The translations under genes and the position numbers were made by a program. The notes below the pieces were generated by a model. The model searched no databases. It saw nothing but the letters and a program-made list of their open reading frames with translations, and had not been told where the DNA came from. Positions 16,279 through 24,634 of a stretch of DNA of 39,730 nucleotides are shown one piece after another; positions within the stretch are counted from its first letter, which is position 1, and each line of letters starts with the position of its first letter. This DNA comes from a virus (taxonomy: Duplodnaviria; Caudoviricetes): IMG/VR virus record IMGVR_UViG_3300016484_000140, positions 1-39,730 of that record; one strand, written 5' to 3'.

Positions 16279-16710
16279 ATGCCATTAACAATTAAAATAA
16301 AAATGTTATTAATTTGGTCTTTAACCACGCTAGGTATTTTTATGGCACCAGCAACGGCAGAAGCACCGCATTTTGAAGATATTTCCCCAGAACAACAAGC
16401 CAAAATAACGGAACAATTAATTAAAGATAAGGCTTATGAAGACCCACGAGCCTACGCATTAACGTTATTTGAAGATTACGGCTGGAAACCTAATCAAATG
16501 ACTTGTCTTGACCAGTTATGGACTAAAGAAAGTAACTGGCGGCACAAAGCAGATAATCCTAATAGCACGGCATACGGAATTGCCCAAATATTAGGCGAAG
16601 ATAAAAAGCATCCAGCAGACCAAATTTCTAACGGTTTGCGGTATATTCAGCACCGCTATGGAACACCTTGCGAAGCGTGGAAATTTTGGCGAAGCCATTA
16701 CTGGTATTAG
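16279..16710 (+). CDS. Secreted lytic transglycosylase-like (SLT) protein
   Basis: Signal peptide; CL..LW.KESNW...A.NP.S.AYGIAQ and GLRYI..RYGTPC.AW......WY motifs. Confidence 0.85.
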   Translation: MPLTIKIKMLLIWSLTTLGIFMAPATAEAPHFEDISPEQQAKITEQLIKDKAYEDPRAYALTLFEDYGWKPNQMTCLDQLWTKESNWRHKADNPNSTAYGIAQILGEDKKHPADQISNGLRYIQHRYGTPCEAWKFWRSHYWY

Positions 16711-17161
16711 CGCGCAATTTTTTGTTGCTGGAAGACCAATTCCGCAAGGGTCTTTAAAGTTTATTAACGGACACGCCATACACGTTAGAGCGCAAGACTT
16801 AGCGTTATGGCGAGCAGATATTGCTAACGCGGCACGAACAGCCAAAGTTGAGATAGCAAAAGAAGGCGTTGAAGTTCATTTAACTTTTGTTATGTTAAAA
16901 CCAAAAACTGTTAATCGTTCAGAGCCGTATATAAGACCAGATATAGACAAACTTGCTCGCGCCGTCTTAGATGGATTAACAGGTGTGGCTTACGAAGACG
17001 ACCAGCAAGTTGTTAAATTAACTGCCATAAAAGAATACGGAACTAATCAAGGTGTTTGGATACGTATTACGGATAAAGATAAATTACGCCGCAGTTTGCT
17101 CGCTAGTGAAAACGTCATTGACGACTTCACTAATATGAACATAAACTCCAATTGCGATTAA
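16658..17161 (+). CDS. rusA: RusA-like Holliday junction resolvase
   Basis: G.P.PQGS and PDIDKLARAVLDGLTG..Y.DDQQVV motifs; start uncertain. Confidence 0.9.
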   Translation: MEHLAKRGNFGEAITGISAQFFVAGRPIPQGSLKFINGHAIHVRAQDLALWRADIANAARTAKVEIAKEGVEVHLTFVMLKPKTVNRSEPYIRPDIDKLARAVLDGLTGVAYEDDQQVVKLTAIKEYGTNQGVWIRITDKDKLRRSLLASENVIDDFTNMNINSNCD

Positions 17162-17190
17162 ATCGTTATTGAAATCAGCGAAGGCGGTAT

Positions 17191-17535
17191 ATGACGGACT
17201 GGGCAACTCTACGTGAGCAAGTATTAACACGTTGCGCAGGATATTGTGAATTATGCGGTTTCGGATTACACGACACGTTTGCTTTACACCATAGAAAACT
17301 GCGCTCGCGTGGCGGTAAAGATACGTTAGATAATTTAATTGCTTTACATCACGAGTGCCATAACTTAGGCAATAATGCTGTTCATACTAATATCAAAAAA
17401 GCAACCGAAACTGGACATATAGTTCCACGACACGCTGAACCTTTTGATTATCCGTTAGTGCTTCCTAATGGTTCTATTGTTAAACTAACGGTTGAAGGAA
17501 CTTATTTAGTAGAAAAGGAAGGCTATGGCTGGTGA
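17191..17535 (+). CDS. HNH endonuclease
   Basis: CELCG..HHR..RSRGG...NL..LH..CH motif. Confidence 0.85.
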   Translation: MTDWATLREQVLTRCAGYCELCGFGLHDTFALHHRKLRSRGGKDTLDNLIALHHECHNLGNNAVHTNIKKATETGHIVPRHAEPFDYPLVLPNGSIVKLTVEGTYLVEKEGYGW

Positions 17536-17929
17536 AGCAATAATTACTGTTGAAGGTAATTTAGGTAATGACGCTGAATTACGTGTAACGCCTAACGGAG
17601 TTTCCGTAACGTCATTTAATTTAGCAAATACGCCACGCACTTTAGATAAAAAAACTAATGAATGGTTAGACGGCGAAACAATTTGGTTTCGTTGTTTTAT
17701 CTGGGGTAAAAACGCAACTGGTGCGGCACAACAATTACGTAAAGGTGTAAAAGTTGTTGTTAATGGAAGATTTAGCGTTAATACTTATGTAGATAAAGAA
17801 GGCGTTGAACGTAAATCGTTAGAAATTAACGCTGACCATTACGGTATTGTTCCGCGTAATCTTGCTGAACCTATTGTTCCGCAAAGCGATAGACCAATTG
17901 AAGACCCTATTGACGACCCTTGGGCGTAG
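17525..17929 (+). CDS. ssb: Single-stranded DNA-binding protein
   Basis: GNLG.D.ELR.TP.G, WFRC..W and LRKG..V.V.GR motifs; acidic DDPW tail. Confidence 0.93.
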   Translation: MAGEAIITVEGNLGNDAELRVTPNGVSVTSFNLANTPRTLDKKTNEWLDGETIWFRCFIWGKNATGAAQQLRKGVKVVVNGRFSVNTYVDKEGVERKSLEINADHYGIVPRNLAEPIVPQSDRPIEDPIDDPWA

Positions 17930-17941
17930 AAAGGCAAATAT

Positions 17942-18130
17942 ATGACGGAAGAAATTGTAGATAGTGTTACTGCCGCAGAAATGTTAGGCATTACGCAAAA
18001 TAATTTACGACAATTAGTTTTTCGGAAACTTCTTTCACCTGTCGGTAAGGAAAGGCGCCGTTCGTTATTCACCCTAGCGAATGTTGAGCAGGTGAAGGCC
18101 GCCCGAATAAACGCTAACCCTTCGGCGTAA
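17942..18130 (+). CDS. Small HTH DNA-binding protein (MerR/Xis-like)
   Basis: AAEMLGIT.NNLRQLV.R..L...F....V pattern. Confidence 0.75.
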   Translation: MTEEIVDSVTAAEMLGITQNNLRQLVFRKLLSPVGKERRRSLFTLANVEQVKAARINANPSA

Positions 18131-18172
18131 TCGGGCAAAGAAGGTGCGCTAACCCTAACTGGCGCACCTTCT
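18101..18172 (+). ncRNA. Twin-hairpin element with anti-RBS loops; candidate 3'-end sRNA / terminator
   Basis: Hairpin 1 (18101-18136), loop AACCCTTC; hairpin 2 (18139-18172), 13-bp stem, loop ACCCTAAC; both contain CGCTAACCCT. Confidence 0.6.
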
Positions 18173-18192
18173 TCTAAATTTGAAAGGCAAAA

Positions 18193-18720
18193 ATGAAAAC
18201 CGAATTAATTAATGTAGAAGAATTAACGCTTGACCCTAATAACGCACGTAAACATAGTAAAAAGAATTTAGACGCAATTGCTAAATCTTTACAACAATTT
18301 GGGCAACAAAAACCCATAGTTATTACGCAAGATAATGTTGTTGTTGCTGGTAACGGAACGTTAGAGGCGGCAATATCTATTGGCTGGAAAGGTATTAATT
18401 GCGTAAGAGTTCCTAATGACTGGAACGAAGAAACAATTAAAGCGTATGCGCTAACAGATAATCGCACGGCGGAACTAGCCGCTTGGGATAGCACGATATT
18501 GCTAGACCAATTAAGAGAACTTGATATTAGCGGCTGGAACGTTAATGAATTAGGCTTTAAAGATTTTGATTTAAAGACTAAAGACGAAATTGAAACTGGG
18601 TTACAAGATTACGCAGAACGTTATGAAGTTGTAATTGAGTGCGCAGATGAGAACGAACAAACCGCATTATTGCTACGCCTATCACAAGAAGGATTACGCG
18701 TTAAAGCAATTGTTATTTAA
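18193..18720 (+). CDS. ParB/Srx N-terminal domain protein
   Basis: DPNNARKH, SLQQFG..KPIV, VVAGNGT and DNRTAELA.WD motifs. Confidence 0.88.
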   Translation: MKTELINVEELTLDPNNARKHSKKNLDAIAKSLQQFGQQKPIVITQDNVVVAGNGTLEAAISIGWKGINCVRVPNDWNEETIKAYALTDNRTAELAAWDSTILLDQLRELDISGWNVNELGFKDFDLKTKDEIETGLQDYAERYEVVIECADENEQTALLLRLSQEGLRVKAIVI

Positions 18721-18731
18721 GAAAGGCATAA

Positions 18732-19862
18732 ATGAGCGTTATAACGTTAAAAACGGAAATAGAAAGAACGCCGCGTGTAATGCAATTGGAAGGTATGTTT
18801 GATTTAGCACCTTCTAAATTTAGCGTTACTGAAATTCCATTTAACTTTCCAGATTTATCGGAACGTGAATGGAACGTAGGTTTAATTGTTGGTCCGTCTG
18901 GCGCAGGTAAATCCACAATTGCGCAAAAGATGTTTAATCAAGAATTACATAATAGCGAAGATATGAAATGGGCTGGTAATAAGGCAGTTATAGATAACTT
19001 TCCTAGCGATATGCCTATTAAAGATATTACTGAAATACTTTCTTCGGTAGGTTTTAGTTCGCCACCTGCTTGGCTAAGACCATATAACGCATTAAGTAAT
19101 GGCGAGAAGTTTAGAGTTGAAATGGCTCGCGTATTATGCGAAAACAAAGGGTTATCGGTTGTAGATGAATTTACTTCCGTTATTGACCGCACGGTTGCCC
19201 AAATAGGTTCTGCCGCAATTGCAAAAACTGTTAGAAAGCGCAAACAAAAATTTGTTGCCGTATCGTGCCACTACGATATAGAGGAATGGCTCCAACCTGA
19301 CTGGGTATATCAACCCCACTTAGGAACGTTTGTTTGGAGGTTGGTTCAACCCCGACCACAAATCAATGTTGAAATCATTTACGCTAAGTATGAAACGTGG
19401 CACACGTTCGCTCGCCATCACTATTTAAGTAACGAATTAAATAAATCAGCGCAAATCTATATCGGCGTTATTAACGACCAACCTGCGGTGTTACTAGCGG
19501 TGTTACCATTAATAAACGCTAACGTTAGAAATGCTAGGCGTATATCGCGGATAGTGGTATTACCAGACTTTCAAGGTATCGGGCTTGCCACTAAATTTAT
19601 GAACGCAATTGCTGGCGGTTTAAAATCGCAAGGATTACTTACGTATATAACTACAAGCCACCCAGCGTTGATTAGGGCGTTGAACTTTAGCGATAGATGG
19701 GAAATGATTAGGAAGCCTTCTCGCGTGGCACAACGCGGTAGAACGTCTTCCTTATCTAGCCGAATTGGTCTTAGCCGTAGCCGTATTACTAGCGGTTTCA
19801 GATACGCAGGTGAAGAATATCCCGAAGTGGCAGAAATATTATCGCCTAGACCAGTTCATTAA
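18732..19862 (+). CDS. ABC-type ATPase fused to a GNAT (Mom-like) acetyltransferase; putative DNA modification enzyme
   Basis: GPSGAGKST, LSNGE, VVDEF and SCH motifs, then HHYL and RIVVLPDFQGIGLA (GNAT motif A). Confidence 0.85.
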   Translation: MSVITLKTEIERTPRVMQLEGMFDLAPSKFSVTEIPFNFPDLSEREWNVGLIVGPSGAGKSTIAQKMFNQELHNSEDMKWAGNKAVIDNFPSDMPIKDITEILSSVGFSSPPAWLRPYNALSNGEKFRVEMARVLCENKGLSVVDEFTSVIDRTVAQIGSAAIAKTVRKRKQKFVAVSCHYDIEEWLQPDWVYQPHLGTFVWRLVQPRPQINVEIIYAKYETWHTFARHHYLSNELNKSAQIYIGVINDQPAVLLAVLPLINANVRNARRISRIVVLPDFQGIGLATKFMNAIAGGLKSQGLLTYITTSHPALIRALNFSDRWEMIRKPSRVAQRGRTSSLSSRIGLSRSRITSGFRYAGEEYPEVAEILSPRPVH

Positions 19863-19899
19863 TGCTTTTTTATCCGATATATGAAAGGATATAACGATT

Positions 19900-20361
19900 A
19901 TGCCAAAAGGAAAAAGTAATCCAGAGATACTTGAAAAAGAAAAGCGCGTATTAGAACTACGGCGCGGTGGATTAACTTTTGACTTAATTGCCGAACGTGT
20001 TGGTTACGCTAACGCTAGTTCGGCGCAAAAGGCTTATCAACGTGCGTGTGCGCGTATTGTTTATGAAGATGTAGTTGCGTTACGTAATACTGAAATGGAT
20101 AGATTAGATATTGCGCAAGCGGCAATATGGAACGAAGTATTACAAGGCACGGTATCGGCAGTAATGGCATTAATAAAAATTATGGAACGGCGAGCGCGTT
20201 TGCTTGGTTTAGATGTACCAATTAAAACGCAGTTAGAGGTAACGCATTATGACTACGACACCATTGACGCAGAAGTCAAGCGACTTGTCGCTCTCCTTAA
20301 TAGCGAGCCGACACGTGCGCTGGACACGCCAGTTAGCGAGAACGGAACAACTTCCAACTGA
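19900..20361 (+). CDS. terS: Terminase small subunit
   Basis: N-terminal HTH (LELRRGG.TF..IA..VGY), ERRARLLGLD; directly upstream of TerL. Confidence 0.75.
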   Translation: MPKGKSNPEILEKEKRVLELRRGGLTFDLIAERVGYANASSAQKAYQRACARIVYEDVVALRNTEMDRLDIAQAAIWNEVLQGTVSAVMALIKIMERRARLLGLDVPIKTQLEVTHYDYDTIDAEVKRLVALLNSEPTRALDTPVSENGTTSN

Positions 20362-21595
20362 AGATAAATCGTGGTTGGTATGGTTATATCTAGCAGGGCG
20401 AGGCGCTGGAAAGACCCGAACTGCCGCTGAATGGTTGGCGTGGCAAGCCAGCAGTAATCCACGCACACGTTGGGCTATTGCCGCACCAACCTATTCAGAT
20501 GTTAGAGATACTTGCGCAGAAGGCGTATCTGGCATTATTCAAATATTAAAAGAATACGGAACATTAAAAGATTACAACCGCAGTATCGGAGAAATCTTTT
20601 TAACTAATGGAAGCCGTATTAAGTTATTTAGTGGTGAAGAACCTGACCGCTTTCGTGGACCGCAATTTCACGGCGGTTGGTTTGACGAGTTAGCCGCATT
20701 TAAATATCCAGACGCGTGGGACCAATATCAATTTGGATTACGTTTAGGCGATTATCCACAAACTATTGTTACAACTACGCCACGCCCTACTAAGTTAATT
20801 AAAGATTTAATATCTCGTGACGGCGTTCGTGTCGTGCGTGGTTCAACTTTTGATAACGCTAGTAACTTGGCGGCAAGCGCGCTCGCAGAACTTAGATTAC
20901 GTTACGAAAATACAAGATTAGGTCGGCAAGAGTTATACGGAGAAATATTAGACAACGTTGAAGGTGCGTTATGGACAAGAGAACTAATTGAAGCGGCAAG
21001 AGTTAGAGAATATCCGCCATTAGTTCGCGTTGTCGTAGCAATTGACCCTGCCGTTACCAGTAACGTTAATAGCGACTTAACTGGAATTGTTGCGGCTGGT
21101 TTAACGGCTGATGGGCATTATTACGTTCTATCCGATAAATCGTTACGCGCAACTCCAGATACGTGGGCAAGACAAGCAGTTAATCTTTATCACGAATATA
21201 AAGCGGACAAGATAGTTGCCGAAACTAATAATGGCGGCGATATGGTTATTATGACTTTACAGCAGGTAGATAGGTCGGTTGCTACGCAAAAGGTTACAGC
21301 GACCAGAGGCAAACAATTACGTGCCGAACCTATTAGTGCTTTATATGAACAAGGCAGAGTTCATCACGTAGGTTATTTTCCAGAATTGGAAGAACAAATG
21401 TGTGAATGGACACCGTTAAGTAATGAAAGTCCAGATAGACTTGACGCGCTGGTGTGGGCATTAACTGAATTAAATACAAGTGGTTCTAGTATGCTTACAC
21501 TTGCCGCTATGGCAAAGATTTGTAGCAAATGTGGTATGCCAAGTCCAAAGCAAGCGGTAAACTGTTTCAAATGCGGTAATCCTTTAGGAGAATAA
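20249..21595 (+). CDS. terL: Terminase large subunit with C-terminal Zn ribbon
   Basis: AGRGAGKT, WFDE, TTTP, AIDPA and SPDRLDA motifs. Confidence 0.95.
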   Translation: MTTTPLTQKSSDLSLSLIASRHVRWTRQLARTEQLPTEDKSWLVWLYLAGRGAGKTRTAAEWLAWQASSNPRTRWAIAAPTYSDVRDTCAEGVSGIIQILKEYGTLKDYNRSIGEIFLTNGSRIKLFSGEEPDRFRGPQFHGGWFDELAAFKYPDAWDQYQFGLRLGDYPQTIVTTTPRPTKLIKDLISRDGVRVVRGSTFDNASNLAASALAELRLRYENTRLGRQELYGEILDNVEGALWTRELIEAARVREYPPLVRVVVAIDPAVTSNVNSDLTGIVAAGLTADGHYYVLSDKSLRATPDTWARQAVNLYHEYKADKIVAETNNGGDMVIMTLQQVDRSVATQKVTATRGKQLRAEPISALYEQGRVHHVGYFPELEEQMCEWTPLSNESPDRLDALVWALTELNTSGSSMLTLAAMAKICSKCGMPSPKQAVNCFKCGNPLGE

Positions 21596-22143
21596 TGGCA
21601 GTTACATATAACCTAGAAATTGACCAAGGCGCTGACTGGTTTGTTAACTTCCAATATAACCAACCTGCCGAAATTACAAATATTACGGCTAATGGAACTA
21701 CTGTAACTTTTACTTGCTCAAATGGTTTTAATGCTGGTGAAGTTGTAAGTATTTCTGGCGTTTTACCTTCGCAATATAATTTTCAAAACGTAACTATTGC
21801 GACTGCTTCAACTTCTCAATTTACTGTTACTAATCCAGCAACAGGAACTTATATAAGTGGCGGCGTAGCATACGCACCTGTTGATGTTTCTAACTTTACT
21901 GCCGCGTTACAAATACGTTCATTACCCAGTAGCGCAACGCCAGTATTATCTTTAACAAATGGTAATGGTATTACTGTTGGAACAACTAATGGCTTAATTG
22001 AGGTTCACGCAACTGCTATTCAAACTGCGGCTATTGACGAAGGCCCTTATTATTACGATATAGAAATTACTGCCCCTATATCTGGAATTGTTACCAGATT
22101 AGCGCAAGGTAAAGTAATTGTTAGTCCAGAGGTAACCCGATAA
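21595..22143 (+). CDS. Virion structural protein (IDQGA-type Ig-like fold with a beta insert)
   Basis: IDQGADW N-terminus; YYYDIEI...RL.QG.V.V..EVTR C-terminus. Confidence 0.6.
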   Translation: MAVTYNLEIDQGADWFVNFQYNQPAEITNITANGTTVTFTCSNGFNAGEVVSISGVLPSQYNFQNVTIATASTSQFTVTNPATGTYISGGVAYAPVDVSNFTAALQIRSLPSSATPVLSLTNGNGITVGTTNGLIEVHATAIQTAAIDEGPYYYDIEITAPISGIVTRLAQGKVIVSPEVTR

Positions 22144-22427
22144 TGGCTGATGATTTAATTGTAGTTAAACCAGTTATCCCTACTGTTGTTATTACTGCGC
22201 CCGGACCGCAAGGACCCGGTGGCGACCCAGCACAAGTTTTTTATACACATAATCAAAACGTTGCTTCGGCTACTTGGACAATTAACCATAACCTAAGCGG
22301 TTATCCAACTGCTGTTGTGTTAGATAGCGCAGGAACTCAATGCGAAGGAACGTTTAGTTATCCTTCTAATAGCACTATGGTTATTTCTTTTACCAGTGCG
22401 TTTAGCGGAACGGCATACGTAATATGA
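22143..22427 (+). CDS. Small structural protein with short collagen triplets
   Basis: GPQGPG, H.Q..AS.TW.I.HNL and F..AFSG.A motifs. Confidence 0.6.
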   Translation: MADDLIVVKPVIPTVVITAPGPQGPGGDPAQVFYTHNQNVASATWTINHNLSGYPTAVVLDSAGTQCEGTFSYPSNSTMVISFTSAFSGTAYVI

Positions 22428-22678
22428 GCCGTTTAGCATTAACGCCTACAAATGTTCCTGCCAGCGCCACGGACATTTCTACACCGACTTTACGCGCTGG
22501 TGATTTATACTTTAATACCGCAACTAATTCGTTAATGGTTTATACAGGTTCAACTTGGTCGGCTGTCGCACCTGCTGTTACTCAATTAGATGGCGGAGTA
22601 TTTGATAGCATTGCGCCGTATAACGGTGGCGACCCTACGACAACCGCTACACAAACTTTTGATGGAGGAACTCCGTGA
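22424..22678 (+). CDS. Small fibre-associated protein
   Basis: GDLYFNT....L.VYTGSTW motif; DGG motifs. Confidence 0.6.
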   Translation: MSRLALTPTNVPASATDISTPTLRAGDLYFNTATNSLMVYTGSTWSAVAPAVTQLDGGVFDSIAPYNGGDPTTTATQTFDGGTP

Positions 22679-23121
22679 GCGTAGTTACACAAATTCAAAT
22701 TAGACGAGGAACTGCGTCACAATGGACATCAACAAATCCTGTTCTTGCCGCAGGTGAACTAGGTTTAGAAACCGATACTGGCAAAGTAAAAGCAGGTAAC
22801 GGAAGTTCAAACTGGAATTCTTTAAGTTACGTAGGCGCAGGAGATATTGAAGGCGTTACTGCTGGAACTGGTCTTAGTGGCGGTGGAACTAGCGGAACTG
22901 TAACGTTATCAATTGATACAAATACAACAGTTGATAAAACAACTGCGCAAACTCTCACTAATAAAACCATTAGCGGTTCTAGCAACACGCTAAGTAGTAT
23001 CGGTAATAGCAGTTTGACTAATAGTGCTATTACAATTAATGGAACTTCGGTATCATTGGGCGGTTCCATAACTATTGAAGCAAGTAGTTTTGTTCCTTCC
23101 TTTATGTTAGGCGGTATGTAA
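22675..23121 (+). CDS. Fibre protein with Mtd/hyaluronidase-type N-terminal domain
   Basis: QIRRGTASQWTSTNPVLAAGELGLETDTGKVKAGNG...WNSLSY; AQTLTNKT. Confidence 0.8.
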   Translation: MSVVTQIQIRRGTASQWTSTNPVLAAGELGLETDTGKVKAGNGSSNWNSLSYVGAGDIEGVTAGTGLSGGGTSGTVTLSIDTNTTVDKTTAQTLTNKTISGSSNTLSSIGNSSLTNSAITINGTSVSLGGSITIEASSFVPSFMLGGM

Positions 23122-23124
23122 TAA

Positions 23125-24621
23125 ATGGCACGTAAGTTTCTAGTCAGTATTGACTTAAATAAAAACGAATTACAAAATGGCGTAATTCAAAATTTAGGTA
23201 CTGCCCCTTCTTCACCAGTAGCAGGTCAAATTTATTTTGATACTGTTGATAACGAACTTTATTTTTATAATGGAAGTGCGTGGGAAAGCACGCAAGCAAA
23301 TGCGCAAGTTACTTATGGAACTTATGCCGCACGACCAGCCGCTTCCGAAGCAGGGCGTTTATATTACGCAACCGACCAACAATTACTTTATTTTGATGAT
23401 GGTTCTACTTGGGCGCAAGTTTCTAATTTTGGTTCAGTAACAGCGCAAACAACTTATGGTGCGTCAAGTGGAAATGGTTCCTCTAATAATTACGCACGTG
23501 CCGACCATACTCACGGAACGCCAGCACTAAGTAATGCCACACCTGCTTCTCTTGCTATTGGCGGTTCTTCATCTGCTGGAACTGGAACTGCGCCAAGCCG
23601 TGAAGACCATACGCACGCAATGCCTACATTTGGAAACGTAACCGCGCAAACATCTTTTGGTTCTTCATCTGGTAATGGAAGTAGCACCAGCGTTTCTCAC
23701 GCAGACCATACGCACGGAACACCTACGCACGATAATGCGGCGCACGCACTTATTAATCTTTCTGCACTTGCCGCAGCAACCGCAGATGTTTCAATGGGTA
23801 ATTACAAAATTACTAGCGTGGCAACGCCAGTTAGTTCAACTGACGCGGCTAATAAACAATATGTAGATGATGTTGCGCAAGGTTTAAATATCCACGCGGC
23901 TTCTTATGCCGCAACAACGGCTAATTTAAATGCCACTTACGATAATGGAACTTCGGGAGTAGGCGCAACTCTTACTAACGCAGGAACGCAAGCCGCATTT
24001 AGCGTAGATGGCGTAAGCCCTTCTGCTACTGCTCGTATTCTTGTAAAAAATCAAACAAATACTTTTGAAAATGGTATTTATACACTTACCACAGTAGGTA
24101 GCGGTTCAACTAACTGGGTTTTAACACGCGCTACCGATTTTGATACCGCAACTGAAATTGCTGGTGGAGATTTTACATTTGTTGACGCAGGTTCAACTCT
24201 TGCTAATACTGGTTGGGTTTGTACCGATGAAGTAACAACAGTAGGAACTGACCCAATTATTTTCCAGCAATTTTCTGGCGCTGGAACTTATACCGCAAGT
24301 AATGGCGTTCAATTAGTTGGTTCTAATTTCTCTGGCGTAGTTGTAAGCGGCGGCGGTTTAACTGTTGGCGCAAGCGGTTTTGATATTGATACTGCCGTAG
24401 TTGTAAAGAAATATGCCGCAAACGTAGGTGATGGCACGGCAACTTCTTACGTAATTAGCCATAACTTAGGAACTAAAGATGTAACTGTTGCGGTTTATGA
24501 TAATTCCTCGCCATACGCCGAAGTTACTTGCGACGTTCAACATACTTCTACAACCGCTATTACGTTATTGTTCTCGGTAGCACCAACATCAAATCAATAT
24601 CGTGTAGTTGTTCACGGTTAA
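23125..24621 (+). CDS. Long fibre/appendage protein
   Basis: Three (A/E)DHTH repeats; DAANKQYVD, RILVKNQ...NGIY, LTRATD and HNLGT.DV motifs. Confidence 0.7.
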   Translation: MARKFLVSIDLNKNELQNGVIQNLGTAPSSPVAGQIYFDTVDNELYFYNGSAWESTQANAQVTYGTYAARPAASEAGRLYYATDQQLLYFDDGSTWAQVSNFGSVTAQTTYGASSGNGSSNNYARADHTHGTPALSNATPASLAIGGSSSAGTGTAPSREDHTHAMPTFGNVTAQTSFGSSSGNGSSTSVSHADHTHGTPTHDNAAHALINLSALAAATADVSMGNYKITSVATPVSSTDAANKQYVDDVAQGLNIHAASYAATTANLNATYDNGTSGVGATLTNAGTQAAFSVDGVSPSATARILVKNQTNTFENGIYTLTTVGSGSTNWVLTRATDFDTATEIAGGDFTFVDAGSTLANTGWVCTDEVTTVGTDPIIFQQFSGAGTYTASNGVQLVGSNFSGVVVSGGGLTVGASGFDIDTAVVVKKYAANVGDGTATSYVISHNLGTKDVTVAVYDNSSPYAEVTCDVQHTSTTAITLLFSVAPTSNQYRVVVHG

Positions 24622-24634
24622 TTAGGGGGCAAAA

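Noticed and set aside
17942-18130. Excisionase implying a temperate lifestyle
   Set aside because: No integrase, repressor pair or att-like site recognised anywhere in the window.
18149-18159. CTAACCCTAAC equals the human telomerase RNA template
   Set aside because: No reverse transcriptase and no TTAGGG arrays; the RBS-complement explanation fits better.
22675-23121. Mtd-like domain as sign of a diversity-generating retroelement
   Set aside because: Only the N-terminal structural domain is present; no reverse transcriptase or TR/VR pair seen.
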